64,000 nt of DNA, taken from assembly GCA_030167865.1 (NCBI GenBank), contig JALAGF010004851.1, positions 1-64,000 on the forward strand, read 5' to 3'. This document shows positions 44,761-57,977 of this stretch, one piece after another. The notes beneath the pieces are model-generated. The model had not been told where the DNA came from. It was given only the letters and a program-made list of their open reading frames with translations, and did not search any database. The first letter of the stretch is position 1; every line of letters starts with the position of its first letter. This stretch comes from Craspedostauros australis (Eukaryota). The position numbers and the translations under genes are program-made.

Positions 44761-47545
44761 GGCAAGACCGTACACCAACAATGACAGTCAATCACGACAG
44801 CGAACAATGCTGCTGGTTGCTGTCTTGCTCGGCTTTTGCTTTTGCTCGAACCAGGCGGAAAGTTTGTGATCCTCGTCGTTCCTGATGGCTGTTTGTGATC
44901 TCCGCGACAGCACAGACCGGCGATCCCCTGCAAACAATCGATGGTATCGTCCGGTTACAGTTCTGCTGTTGTACTCTCTGCAGGAACGGTGTGGTCTGGT
45001 GTGTGTGTTCCACACGAAGCGCAAGTGATGTGTTTGCTCAAAAAGTATGGTCCACAAATAAAAAGAGACGCAACCAGACCCTCCAAAACGCCGATGGATA
45101 CACACACATTGCCACACATTACCGCTTTGGTTGCCCCCCATGTGCAAGACCGCATGTGTGTGCGCAGCTGCAGGGCACCCTTTTTTGTGCGGTGCCCGCA
45201 TCGTGCACGTCGCGCGGCGCTGTGTGTGTCATCCGTTGCTGATGCTTGATTGGCCCAAATTCCTGGCGCAGACTGCTGACAATGCACACGCACAAGCCAG
45301 CCCACTCAGACACGACTATTTCTATTCGTTCGACTCCGCACGCGCACTGCGACGCGTTGCATCGCGCTACGCGGAACGCACCTGGAGCGGTTGAGGAATT
45401 CTTCACACATGTTTGGCGGACAAGATCTGCGCCCTTCACTCCTTGCATTCACAACCTCGGGTTTCAGTACCGTTCAGTCCTGGCGGTTTCAAAACGTTAT
45501 AATACGTATCCTGTCCCATGTGTCACGAATGAAGAGGTTTCCGGTGGCATTCCGTGTGTCACACATTTTTCAAAGAAGTGTCGTCGCGAAGTTTCCGAAA
45601 GCAAATTCAAACGAGAACGTTTCTAACTGTGGCATCTGGTCTGCCCAAACGGTCACAAACGTTGTGTCAGAGGACACACGACGTTCCTCCATGTGCTTGG
45701 CAATCCAACTAACAGACCGTCACGAGACACACACGGAAGAGAGACGGGCGATGCTCCATCTTGGGTCTCTCGTGTTTGTGAATTTCGGTTCTGCGTGCGA
45801 TCATGGTTCGTACCGATACTTGCATCGCAGGGGGAGCGTTGGCGATCGCAATCGTTGCGGCTCGCAGGAAACGATCACCCATCATCCCCAAACCGACAGG
45901 ACCCAAAAATTGCCTGGCGGACGGAACCCTTGGCTCACCCATCTGATTCAATCTTGTTGCAAGTGAAGCACGGCGATGTCTCATCCGACGGGCATTGGGA
46001 ATCCCGTCACCACAGCAATGTCATTTCACTCAAGTCGTACCACCGATCACATTCATCCGAACGCCGCCACTATCCTACCGGCTCTCCAATTCAAATTGCC
46101 ATGGCACCGCATCGCAATCAAGTCAGGTCGAGCCATGCTCGTGCCACGCCGCTTCATGCGGTGCCATCACAGGTCAAGAGCTTGCGGCTCACACAATCGA
46201 CAGCATACAACATCGCATCAGCTGCCACTGCCCAAACTATACTGGTACTGATATCCGTTTGATAAGAATACTTCATTCGCGTGGCACGGCACGGTATGGC
46301 GCTCATTGAGTCAAGCTTCAGTCTGGGTTCTCCATTACCCCCAACGCTGTTGTAATTCGAATGGCAAGAAAGCAGCGTCACAAGAATGGATGTAACAGTC
46401 GAGTGCGGTTCACCATTTGCGATCCGTCTCATTCAAACAGGACGAATGGATGAATGAGATCGCGGAAGCTGGATTTTTCTTGGACTTCGTTGATTTCGTC
46501 ACGAGAACGGGGAGGCAGTCTGGGATTGAGTGGAGTTGCGCCGTGGCGTGATTCGCATTGGACGCACGAATCGGGCGCCCATGGGATGATGGGAAGAGGG
46601 CGGTGACGCACACGAATTCTGCGGGTTTGAGCATGACCGACGGCAATCAATTCGAATCCAAATCTAAACCAAATCGAGCCGCATCGAATTGGCGGGTCCT
46701 GGTTCTGGATGCTGTCGGCGACAAGATCCCTTGTGGGAATTGGATTCTGCTCTGTCAACCGTGTTGATGACATCTTGGCGAAGGACTTTCGGCATGCCTC
46801 AATCAATGTACCAGAACGAATCGGGGAACTGAATGTGCGGGCACGGCTGCGCATGCATGCAGCAGACGAATGAGGGTCCGCCGCGGAGCTGGTGATGTGC
46901 GCTGCTGTAAAGTACGCGTACCAAGATACAAGTTACGACTGTCGTTCTGTTGCGAGTTTCCTTCATTCGTACCAGTCGTATACTATAATAGTGTTCAGCG
47001 CGGACGTCACCTTCGGTTCCTTCCTGACCATCAACGCACTTCACATGTCATCGAAGATTGCGACTGCGAGATTCAAAGCGACGGATACTCTATCCAACGA
47101 AAGGATACACGAAAAGGATTCTGGTCAAGCGATGCTCGAAGCATCTCTCCAGTCGTTCTCTCAAAATCTCTTTGGACCCTCCATCTCACTGGTTTACTTT
47201 GACTCCGCCAATGACGACGACGCACCTCAACACATGAATGAGAGAACACACTCGGCGACAGCCGGTGCCTTTGGTATGCACGAGTAGGTACGAGTATGTG
47301 TGTCTCGGCATCTAGCCCATGTCTCGACAGCATTTCATCCATGTGTCCACCGCAGCGTCATGCTCCCAAATCTAGAGAAACAACCAAGCAAGCAAGCGGC
47401 CTACCGCGCTTCCTTGGCAAGTGGCATACTCTTACGTCCATTCACTCACTCATGCGCTCATGTGCAAATGTGTGTGCACATCTTTGTTTGAATGGCATGG
47501 CACAGCGACACAGCAGCACGAGTGCTCAGTCCATTATTGGCATGT

Positions 47546-48802
47546 TTAGTAGTTCAATCCCAACGGCCGCTCTGTTGTCAAGTCCTTGTCACCCTTCACC
47601 ATCTGTCCTCTCACATTCTTGGCGACAAAGCTGAAGGATTGACCAGGCTGCGAAATGAGAATAATTCGATTAGAAGAGAGTGGAGCACATTGGAAGAGGC
47701 AAGGACGAAAGCATCATGTGTTCACAACGTTCGAGTACAAGTATGTGTGAGAATGCGTGAGTGTGGATATCAATGATGCGTCAGAACTGATATTCACTGC
47801 ATGGTTGGTCTTGCAATTGCACTCGTATTGGGAAGCAGTTGCAAGCAGCACAAACACACGCACGCATACACATGAAGAGCATCAAGAGATCTGCATTGTT
47901 AATTCTCGCAAACGCACCTTCCATCCAGCATCGATGGCTTCCTGCATTGTGTCAAACGTTCTCCATTGTGGCACAACTTCCACGGCTGGTTCCGGCTCTG
48001 CTTCTCTCGTGATCCCATCCAGCTGATCCGAAACAGCGTCAAAGCCAGAAAACTCCGGGGTCGCAACCTTCTTGTTCTTCTTCCCACCCTTGTTCTTGCG
48101 ACCGCCCTTCTTTCTGCCTTTCTTCGCCGCGAGAGGTGGAATGCTGACGCTTTCCACGGTCATATCGGTACGTGCATCCGTAAAGGTACGAACATTGTTC
48201 TGTGCCATTGCCTCCATGACGGTTTCGCGAGCACATTCATCCATGGTGAAGGCGCGGTAGGTTGGCTGCAGGTGCGGTGGGATTGTGCCTGGACGGAATC
48301 CCTGAAATCGCTGTTGTTTGGCATCGCTGGTGATCTTCTTGTAAATGACTTCGCTGAAACCTCCCAAGTCGGCTTCCACTCTGTTTTTGGAAATGTTGTG
48401 TTGTATTTGTTCATGAAATGGTCGATTTGTTGGTCAGAGTGTGAGTAGTTGCGCAGATGAAAATGAAGACAAATGAGCTCTGATGCAAAGTGGCGAAACC
48501 ACATCGTTCAACATTGCCTGCGACAACCATGCCTGTACACAAAACGATGTGCCTCACCCGTCAATCTTGACGATCCATTCTGTGATTGGCTGTTCTCCCA
48601 CAGCCTGGAGGGAACATCCACGGATGTCACCACCCTGCACAACGTCACCACTCCATGCATCGCCGGGGCTGCTGGATAGACTGGTGATGTGGGCGGCATT
48701 CCTTGGGACAACGGCGGGTGCGAAACCGTGCACCAACTGCAAGGAGGCACACAGGATAGCGGTGGCGACAATCGCCGATGCTGCTGCTGTTGTCGTCTTC
48801 AT
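47546..48802 (-). CDS. Plastid-targeted trigger factor N-terminal (ribosome-binding) domain protein (exons 48802-48558, 48380-47918, 47647-47546)
   Basis: Presequence ending VHG-FAP and GFRPGTIP ribosome-binding signature. Both GT-AG introns keep frame (KIDG|VEADLG; AGWK|PGQSFSF). Stop TAA at 47548-47546. Confidence 0.75.
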
Positions 48803-49269
48803 CGTTTCTTGGTTGTGTTGGGGCGCTCGAATGGAAGTGTGGCCTGTCGGAACGATGCAGAGCGCTGGTTTTGTGAGGGAGTCTGATGAATGAATGAATG
48901 TGACGCAGTGTTGAGGTGTGTTGCGTTGTCAGCAAGGAAGAGAAACCTTGTTGGCATTTCGTTTCCAGGTGGAAGAATCAGGTACACACAAAGTCTCTTC
49001 AATGAAAAAATGTGTCGAAAGATACGAATGTCCACAGACGCGAAATGAAACAAGGGAGAAAACACATGGAGGAATGAAGCGCGTGCGCGTGGCAACAGAG
49101 ACAGCGACGCGCTACTTCTCCATTCTGTACTCAACTATAATGGCATATTGGTATGTATGGTAACACAGTACGAGAGTAGCACGCATACATATTGATATTC
49201 CCATCCAACTCCATGTCATTGTCATTGTTGCTGGTGTTGATTTCAATTTATATCGCCATTCGGTAATTT

Positions 49270-51251
49270 CTACAATCTGCAAACGTAAGAGTTGCTCTGC
49301 GTGACGTATCGGACCCATCGGTAGGGGGTGTATCCGGCCATGTGCTCCGCGATACGCAGGTATCGGACCTGGAGGTTGGAGACGTTGAACATTGGGATTT
49401 CGAAATTCATGTTGGTGGGTCCAACCTCCCGTCTTATTTGGGAAGTGCAAGGCTGGCTGAGGGTGACTTTGGCTTTCATGGTCTGTTCCGATCCGCCTGG
49501 CAATTTCTTCATCGTCCACAAGATCTTGCCGTCCCGCTGGACGAACTCGGCGTTCGTGTGGCCCGTTCCTGGGCTGGAGATGACGCTGCATTGGGCTGAC
49601 ACTGTGCATTTGGGGAGCGGCATTTCTATGGAGACATTGGCGCCGAAGTGGTTGCTTGGCATGTCCGCTCGGATGAGGATGGTGATTTCCAGCTTCTTCG
49701 GCTCGACCTCCTCGATGGACGGGAAGATGCGGAATGGAGTGGCGAAGTCGCCGGTGACGCGGTAGTTGAGAACAACGAATTCTCCGTCCGGTGGTATGAA
49801 GGAAAGGGTGCGCGTGGTTTCGAATTCGGAAAGATTGACGCAGTCGTTGAAGTTGATGTCGTCGATGGTGACGGATCCGTACGATCCTGTGTTCCTGCCG
49901 ATACTGAGATCTTCGTTGAGGGCCATGCGTAGTTCTGGGTTGCCGGCCAGGTAGGACTTCATCTGGATGCATCCGTCGATGGTGCTGTTGAGGACGTATC
50001 CGTTGTTGGAGAAGAGGACATTGAGCCGTTCGAGGATGTCGACGAAGATCTCGTTCTTTTGCGTTCCCTTGGCGTCCGTCTTTCTGCCGCTCGCGTTGAC
50101 CGAGGAGATGACCGGCTTGTGGACGGCGTTGGCAGAGGCCGTCTTGGGGTTGACGAGGTTGCCCGTGGATGTGACCGGATCGACCACGATGGGTTCGTTG
50201 TAGACGCAGAGCTTGAGATTCTGCGTCCGCGTGATTTGTGGATAGCCGTAGTCGAGCATCTCATCGAGGAGTTCGTAGAGAAGGATGAAGTTTTTCCGAA
50301 TGGCCTCCTCCGATAGCGTCCCGCAGTAGTCTTTGAATACTCTCGCGATGGTGGAAAGGAACTGTCAAGTCGATGGACAGGTCGATGGACAAGCCGATGA
50401 GCAAATCAGCAAATAATCAAGCGAGTATTTACACGGTATCATTGCAAGATACAATATGGGCATCGCAAAGTAGACGGAACATGAGGTATGGAGCATGGGA
50501 CATGGTCATCAATTCATGTTGTCGTCGTAGTTGTCGTCGTCGAGATTGCCGTTGTAGTTGTGCGAGGCATGTGGTATGATATGAGTACAATGTCATGGTG
50601 CGTGTGTACGTTGTAGTTATATGTGTCGCAATTGGAGGGCGAGAGTGTGTGGTGTATGGTGGCAACAGAATAGAACAGAAGAGAGCAGTAGAGAGAGTGA
50701 AGTAGAGCAGACGGATTTTGTGTGAGGGAACGATCCAGGGATTGCGGTATTTGAGCAGCGAAGAGGACGACTACAGGAATTGTGCGTTGGAATAGGGAAT
50801 TGGTAGTTTCTGAAAAAGTGGAACGTTGGGGTCATCTCTTCCGATGTTTGCGTCTCGCGACCAGAAAACAACCGTGAGCTGCGGCGCTCCATGAGTATCT
50901 TCCTGCGATGCTGCTCCTCGGGTTTCGGCTTTGGCTTACCTCGATGATCGTGGTCGGACTGGCGTTCCTGGCCGTGGCGCAGCAAAAGATGAGACCGTTC
51001 CTCTTGACGTGGATATAGCTGAGCCCATCGGGCATGATGAAGACCGGCGGCGCATCGCCCTTCTTCTTGTCGGTCTTGGCGCCTTCGCTCCTGCCTCCCT
51101 CGACATCGTCGCTGTTCCAGAATTTTATTTTTCGGAAGAAGGCCTCCGTGTGGCTGCGCTCGTGCGCTCCCTCATTCCCTCTGTCGTTGCGGTAGGTCTT
51201 GGCGATGATGGTGTCGCCCCTCGGGGACAGGACGAAGAAGTTGGATATCAT
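49270..51251 (-). CDS. AP4M1: Adaptor protein complex 4 mu subunit (exons 51251-50940, 50361-49270)
   Basis: MISNFFVLSPRGDTII..YR, FKDYCGTLSEEAIRKNFILLYELLDEMLDYGYPQ, KNEIFVDILERL, IDGCIQMKSYLAGNP, PPDGEF, YRWVRYVTQSNSYVCR. Confidence 0.93.
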
Positions 51252-52090
51252 CTTGCTTTGGATCTCCTGTTGTGTTTTGCCCTGTTTGTGTCGGGCTGGT
51301 GCTGCGCCGTGCTGAGCTGTGTCGTGTTGCGCTGTGTTGTGTCGTGTTGTGTTTCTTGTTGCTTCGCCGCTGCTGTTGATTGTTACGGAGTTTCTGCGTA
51401 CAAAATGTTGCCGTCGCGCACCACAACAGCGAAGACCGAGCGACCAATGCACTCGCGACGCTGGTCGCCTCGTACCAAAAACTAACGCCAACACAGAGCA
51501 GCAGTAACGGCAACAGCAACATCACGAAGCGAATGAAACACGAATCAGCTGCGCAATGTTCCACAAGATCTGCGTGGACACAACGCGCAAAACAACACAA
51601 GATTTTGCAGATTGCGATCGTGGTGGTCGTTTTGTGTGTTGGCCTTGGAGTGTACTCCTGTCTGTGTAAATATGCGTGAAGTGACCGAATTAACCTCCAA
51701 ACTATGGCTGTTCCATTGAAACATAGTCGAATCAGTCGCTCATCCAACAACAACGACAAGCACAACAACGACACACGACACAAGGCGGAATGAACAAAAG
51801 GCCAAAAATGGAGGAACCGCGGCGTTGGGTGACGCCAACACTGATCACCACCAACCAACACCAACTTCACTGATTCGCCGCAATCCAAGTGAAATTTGCG
51901 CGCGTGGATTGGAGATACCCTGCACGAACACTAATAGGAAGAGGGGTACTCTGCCTGGACTGGCGACAGCGTGCATCCCATCCGACAACGTGACGCACCA
52001 CACAGTACGGCACTACTCTCCTCTATTGTATTGTACAATACAAACAATACAATACACAACACCTGACTGTATTCCACAACGCATCCCGCC

Positions 52091-55000
52091 ATGGCCGATC
52101 AGGATGCGAAAGAAAAGAAGAGGCGGAAGCATCAGAAACGGCTGTCGAAGATTCTGGCGAATGCTTGGGGATTGTCAGGCTCCAAGCCATTTCAGGACGT
52201 CAAGCCGTCCTCTGCAACGTCCATCATCGGCTTGTCGCAGATCGGGGAGAAGATTGACAACGCTCAGTACCGATTGGGACGTCATGGCTGGGAGGACTTT
52301 GCCAGGGACATCGGAGGAGTCTACAATCGGCACATTCATCGGTGCGTCTCTTGCGTTGCTCTCGCTGCTACTGCGGAGGCTGATGGCCGTTCTCTCATTG
52401 TTGAGTTTGAGCGAACTGGATGCCATGTCGGCAACATTCCCAACTACGAGTACAGCGTTGGATGGTGCTAATCTCCGGAGGGACGTTCGAGGGGGCTATT
52501 AGATGGTGAACCCATCGTGTTCACGCTCTTCAAACATCTCATCATGAACGCATTTGAAGATTCGTCTCATTTTTTGGTTGAAAACTCTCTTGTCCTCTGC
52601 AAATCATGTTATGCCAACATCTTTCTCACCAATGCATTGCATTGCGCTGCACCATCCAATCCATTATCCAATCAAACACACAAACAAACTTACCCTCGAC
52701 ACGAACAGAAAGCTCAAGAATGCCAAGCTGGCCGTAGATCACCTCAAGCAGGTTTCGGAATGGTTGGGAAAGATCGATGAGTCGCTGTCGAAGCTCTGCA
52801 ACGAGCACATACCCGCCGACGATTCTGCCAAGAGCGTCGGGAAGAAGCGGAAGGCCGCGAGCGACAACGCGGCTGCCAGGAACAAGAGACGTTCGACATC
52901 TTCCGAAAGCGCCGCAAAGCAAGGCGATCTCACCTTGGGACAGCGAGAGGAGAATGCGTTGCAGGCCTTGTCCAATTTCATCACAGAGAATGGCGGCACG
53001 CCGGAGATGGTGCAAAGCTTCCGATGCCGCGTCACGCGCAAACCATCCGATGGACGCTACGACACCAACTTTTACAACGAGCAGAACCGACGCTTCCGAT
53101 CCATGCTGGAGGTTGGGCGCTTCTTCACCCTCATCAAGGATAAAGACAGCACCATCCGACGCAGGACCATCAAAACGAAAAAGATCACCTCCAGAGAGAT
53201 CGAGGCAGAGAAGAAGCGACTGCGCAAAGACTTGGATCGTCTGCGCAAGCAACACACCAGAGCAACCAAGAACCTCAATGATTACATGGAGGGCGAAAAG
53301 GATGCCACGCATCCTGTGGAAGATACGTTGCTCATTGCAGACGTGCAGCCACATCAGCGGCAGCAGAAGCAGGCGGATACGACGTCATCTTCAACAACAG
53401 AAGCAGCAGCAACAGTGTCAACAACGTCCAAAACGCTCAAGCGATGTGCTGGGCACAGGCAACCTGACTTTGTGGGTTTGGAGAATATCCCCAAGGGTTG
53501 CGTGCCGGATGTATTGATGGCGTGGGACTTTCTGTGCACATTCTCGAGGCTGCTGCATCTGCAACCGATATCATTGGTGGATTTCGTTCAAGCATTGACC
53601 TATCGACCTGCCGCGCAGCTGGCGGATGCCGATGCTTTGAACACGCCCCCGGTATACCTCGCGGAGGCACACATTGGCTTGCTCCGCATTCTCATCGATG
53701 ATCCATCCAGCGACGATTGGTGGTGGAGCATCCTCGAGACGGTGGAAGAGGCGGAGATGGGCATGGGGGCGAAGGCGGAAAAAGATGAGACGGAGACGGA
53801 CCTTCCAGTCATCAAGGTAGACTTTGATGCATTGCTTGCGGAAAATGAAGATCCCCTGCTCACCACCAGCTGGATGCAGAACCTGAGCCAAGTCCGACAA
53901 GAATCGAAGGACCTCAAGAGCGTCCAGCAATCCATCAAGTTGGCCATTTCCGTCATGGACAACAAGTACGTCAAGGCGTACCTGCGAAAGGCATTGAAGC
54001 TTGCCAAGTCCAGTGATGCCGGTGCCATGCGCAGGGCGGTCCTCTGGTTGGTTGATCATGTCCGCGAGGCGCGTCCCGATCTCTTCAACCGTGGTGTTAC
54101 CAAGAGTGCGGCTCTCAAGCAGCGTGCCAAGACCGTCGAGGAAGTCACGGCGAAGATGGAGAAACTCAGCAAAGCCACCATCGCTGTGACCGAGGATGAC
54201 CTTGGCTCAGACTTGGAGAGCGACGACGATGACGACAGCGACGACGAATCCGATGAGGAAGAAAATGCGACCAAGACCACGGAAAAGACGGCGCTCCATC
54301 TCCAGTCGGAGGATCGTCCCGCATCCGCCATCCCCGAACCGCCGCTCCCAACGCTCGTCGATCTGCTCCTCCCGCCCGCCAAACCATTGTTCGAGCTCCT
54401 CAATCCCTTCAGTTGGCCGCACATGGCCGGCGCCACCGCTCATCGCATACTGCATCGCTACAAACGGCTACGGAACGAAGTGGATGACAGTCTGCGCCAG
54501 TACCACGATCTGCCGCAGGTAACGATCAGCCAGCGGAACCAAAGAGAAAAGATGGCGGCAGCACGCACGCTTTCGGAATGCTTCTGCGCGGCGGATGGCG
54601 AAGAGACGAGCGTGCACCATGCGATCGATTTCCTCTGCAAGGGTGGGAATTACTTGGAGCTGTCCACGGAAGCCCGGCTGTGCATCCTGAGGATATTGAT
54701 CGATGCTGCCTACGACACCGTGCAGGTCTTCCGCGTCGTCGATTCCAACCACAACCAGCGCATTAGCGCCACGAAGGCCCTGGACACAGAGCAGCGCAGA
54801 ACCAAGAAGCAGGTGAAGGAGAAGGCAGCCTCTGACGAAGCAGCGGCACGGCAGGACTTGGCGGACGAGATCCGTTCCAAGTTTATCGAGGAGAAGCGCG
54901 AAGAGATTCGGCAAGCCAACGCATCCAGCCAAGAATTGACGGAGGAGGATATCGACGCTCTCACCGACGAAGACATCATCGGATTTGATGAGGACATCAA

Positions 55001-57351
55001 GACCGACTACGACGCTCTGCCCGGACCGGAGAGCTTCAAAAAGACGGAGGTGACTGGTCGCGTGGAAAGGATCCAGGAGGCTGCCGCCTTCGATGCCGAT
55101 TCCGTGGAGATTTTGACCATGACAGATATTTTGGACCGAGAGGAGCAGGATCTGCAGGCACTGAAACAAGATCTGGAACACCTCGGCGGTGAAGAGGCTT
55201 TGGATGACCCGGCCACAGAGCGGGCGACGGCACGATCGATCGACAAGCTCCGACGAGAGATCAATCGTGTGAAGAAGTCCAAGAATGGCTTGCAATACGA
55301 GAGAGACGTGGCGATCGAAACTTTGAAGGATTCCATCGCAGATGGCACAGTGAAGAGTCTCCGCAATGCAATCCGCCTGGCCAAGGCAGCCAAATTGTTT
55401 GCCGTGGATCCGGGGACGCGCACCGCCTGGGCCCTCGACACTGTCAAGGATGCTCACGTGGAGCTGGAACGCGCGAAGCAACAAAAACGCGTGGCGGATG
55501 CGCAAAAGGATCTCATCACCAAACTCAACCGGTGCTTCACCAGGACGCTGCCTGTTGGGATGGATCGTGTTCGGAATCGTTTCTGGCACTTCGAGCATGG
55601 CGATCAAGGCCATGTCTGGGTTGAGGCGGATTATGATGTCAGCAACAACAGAGACAACGGCAGCAGCAGCAACGGCAACGGCACATCGACGAAATCCGAA
55701 GGCTTCCTCAGTCTCACGGCCGACCCAGCATCCATCTCGATCGGTCCTCAGGACATGGAAGAAGACTTCTTCCCATCACTCGAGAATCCAGCGGTCGAGA
55801 TCGCGGACACGCAAAAGATGGTGAACAGACAGGAGTACCATCCATCTAGCCAGCTTTCGACGTTAGCCAGCCGGCACTGGGGCTGCCACACCACAGAAGA
55901 ATCGCTGAGATCCGTCATCAAGGAGCTCGACGCGAGAGGACTGCGAGAAGGCAGCTTGAAGCAGCGGTTGAAGGAAACCGTGGAAACGACGACCGCGCAC
56001 CACGACCCTCACCATGAAGAAGAGAATCATCATCAACAGCAGCAGGAACATGAACAGGAGCAGCAGCAACAGTCGGAGGAGGCAGGTGAGCCTGAAGCAG
56101 CCGATTCTGCCAAATCCAAAACGAGCGAGATGCCAAGCGGTGATGAAGAGGAGTTTCAGAAACTGAAGAGGGGCATCGACGAAGAGGAACAGCGTTCTCA
56201 TCCCTCCAACATCGTGAGTACCAAGCATGTTGCGAACATGACAACGGCAATCGGACAAAAGGTGCGAACTCGGACCATTGCGCAAACCACGAAGGATGGA
56301 GAGGTCGCGCAGTACGAAAACGGAACCGTGGTGGGTTGGAAGTACCGTCCCGAGATGATCCCAATCCAACCGGATGGCGATGAGTTCGAACCCACCATGC
56401 GGAGCGTCATGGTTCCGCTGTGGAAGATGAAATGCGACCGAGGCAAGATTGCTTGGCTGAAGGGAACTGAACTGCTGGAAAGCATCTGCCGGTATGCCAA
56501 GATGCAAAGAACGGACGCGGATTACTTCGAGAACGATGCGAGTTACCTTGCCTACCGCAATTCGATGGGTCGGTTTTGCGGTCGCGCCGCGGACGCCATG
56601 CAGGCCATGACGCCGTACCGATTCGCGCAGATGATGGTCAAGAAGGAGGCAGAGATGTACTCGAAGCTGAAGCAGCGGCTCCTGGACAGTACCTGGGGTG
56701 GTCGCGGTGCCAACCGCAATGCGTGGATATCCTCAATGAAAGATTTCACATTCGAATTCCATAGCGTACGGGAAGGATTGCTCACGCTGGAGAACGCCTT
56801 CTTCGAATTGACGGGTGGTCTGATAGGAGGCCCGGCAGAGACTCTGTCGGCACAAGAAATGTTAGCGAATGCGGACACGCGCCGTGACATCGAATTGGAG
56901 TCGCTGGAAAAGACGGTGTCGGGGATTTGGAACTCTCACGCATCGCGAGCGATCTTCATTGATATCATGAAGAGTAGGTGATGCCGTCGCTGCTGCTGCT
57001 GCTACTGACGATGATGATGTGAGCAAGAATGGTGACAATTACGATGATGCTGTGGCTAACTCGATGCTTCCCTCCTTCATCTCCTTCATCTCTCTCTCCC
57101 TTTCGTTCATTGGATATTTGTTCAATCGTCATGAACGCACTTACATACACGCTCAAACGACTGCAGATGCAACCTCGTTGGGCTTCCTTTGGCTTGGCTT
57201 GGAGTTGTTGGTCAGAAATACGAGAGCGTACTTGGATGCAACAAAGCCAGCAAAGGCGACGCAGCAGGAATCGTATTACGAACAGGCACCCATGCGCGTG
57301 ACCAGACGGATGAATGCATGGCAGCAGGCCAACCAGAATAGTTGGAGTTGA
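52091..57351 (+). CDS. Chromatin protein with bromodomain-like N-terminus, MBD, DDT, WHIM1 and WSD motifs (BAZ/ISWI-partner-like; exons 52091-52341, 52709-56973, 57167-57351)
   Basis: MBD-like RKPSDGRYDTNFY....RRFRSMLEVGRF. DDT VPDVLMAWDFLCTFSRLLHL.P..L.DF..AL. WHIM1 YLELS.EARL.IL..LID. WHIM2 R..PVGMDR..NRFW.F. WHIM3 W....EESL..VI..LD.RGLRE..LK..L. Confidence 0.85.
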
Positions 57352-57977
57352 GAGAAGCATTGGACAAGAACAGATCGAAGCCTGCGACTGATCGCTATTT
57401 ATGTAGAGTACTCGTCATGCGGAATGTGGCGTACGTATGTACTACGCATGGTAGATAGACTCCATTTCCTGTTTCCATTGGGTAGCTCGTAGTGCGCAGG
57501 AACTCCACACATCGCAGTATGCCTTGCAACAAACAACTGGACGGATATTAGAGCGCGATCGGCTAACTTTGTATAGTAAGTATGGCTCGGAGGTTAGAAG
57601 GTGCGTGAGGTGTAGTAGTCGTATGTACACGTATGGTGTCACGCATGATGCGGAACTACTCTCTCTCTCTCTCTGTGGAGAGAGAATGGGGTGATGTGAG
57701 GACTTCTAGTTACACGCGTCACTCATTTCTGCACAAATGACAGCTTCCACAGTGTTCGACATCGTTCGAAAATGAAAGAGATGACTGACCACCACTTCCG
57801 ACCGTCACTTCGCGCCGATCGAGATCTTCTCACAGGAAACTCATCCATCCATCCGCCCAAACCAACACAGAGAACAAGATCCTGATTCGTTCCACCCATC
57901 AAATCGCATCGAATCACACACACACATCAACTGCGCCGTGTGCTCACCCACCAACAGGCATTTGAGTACAGCCGACC

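Noticed and set aside
46427-46460. 9-bp inverted repeat TCTCATTCA/TGAATGAGA
   Set aside because: A short isolated hairpin, compatible with chance in 64 kb.
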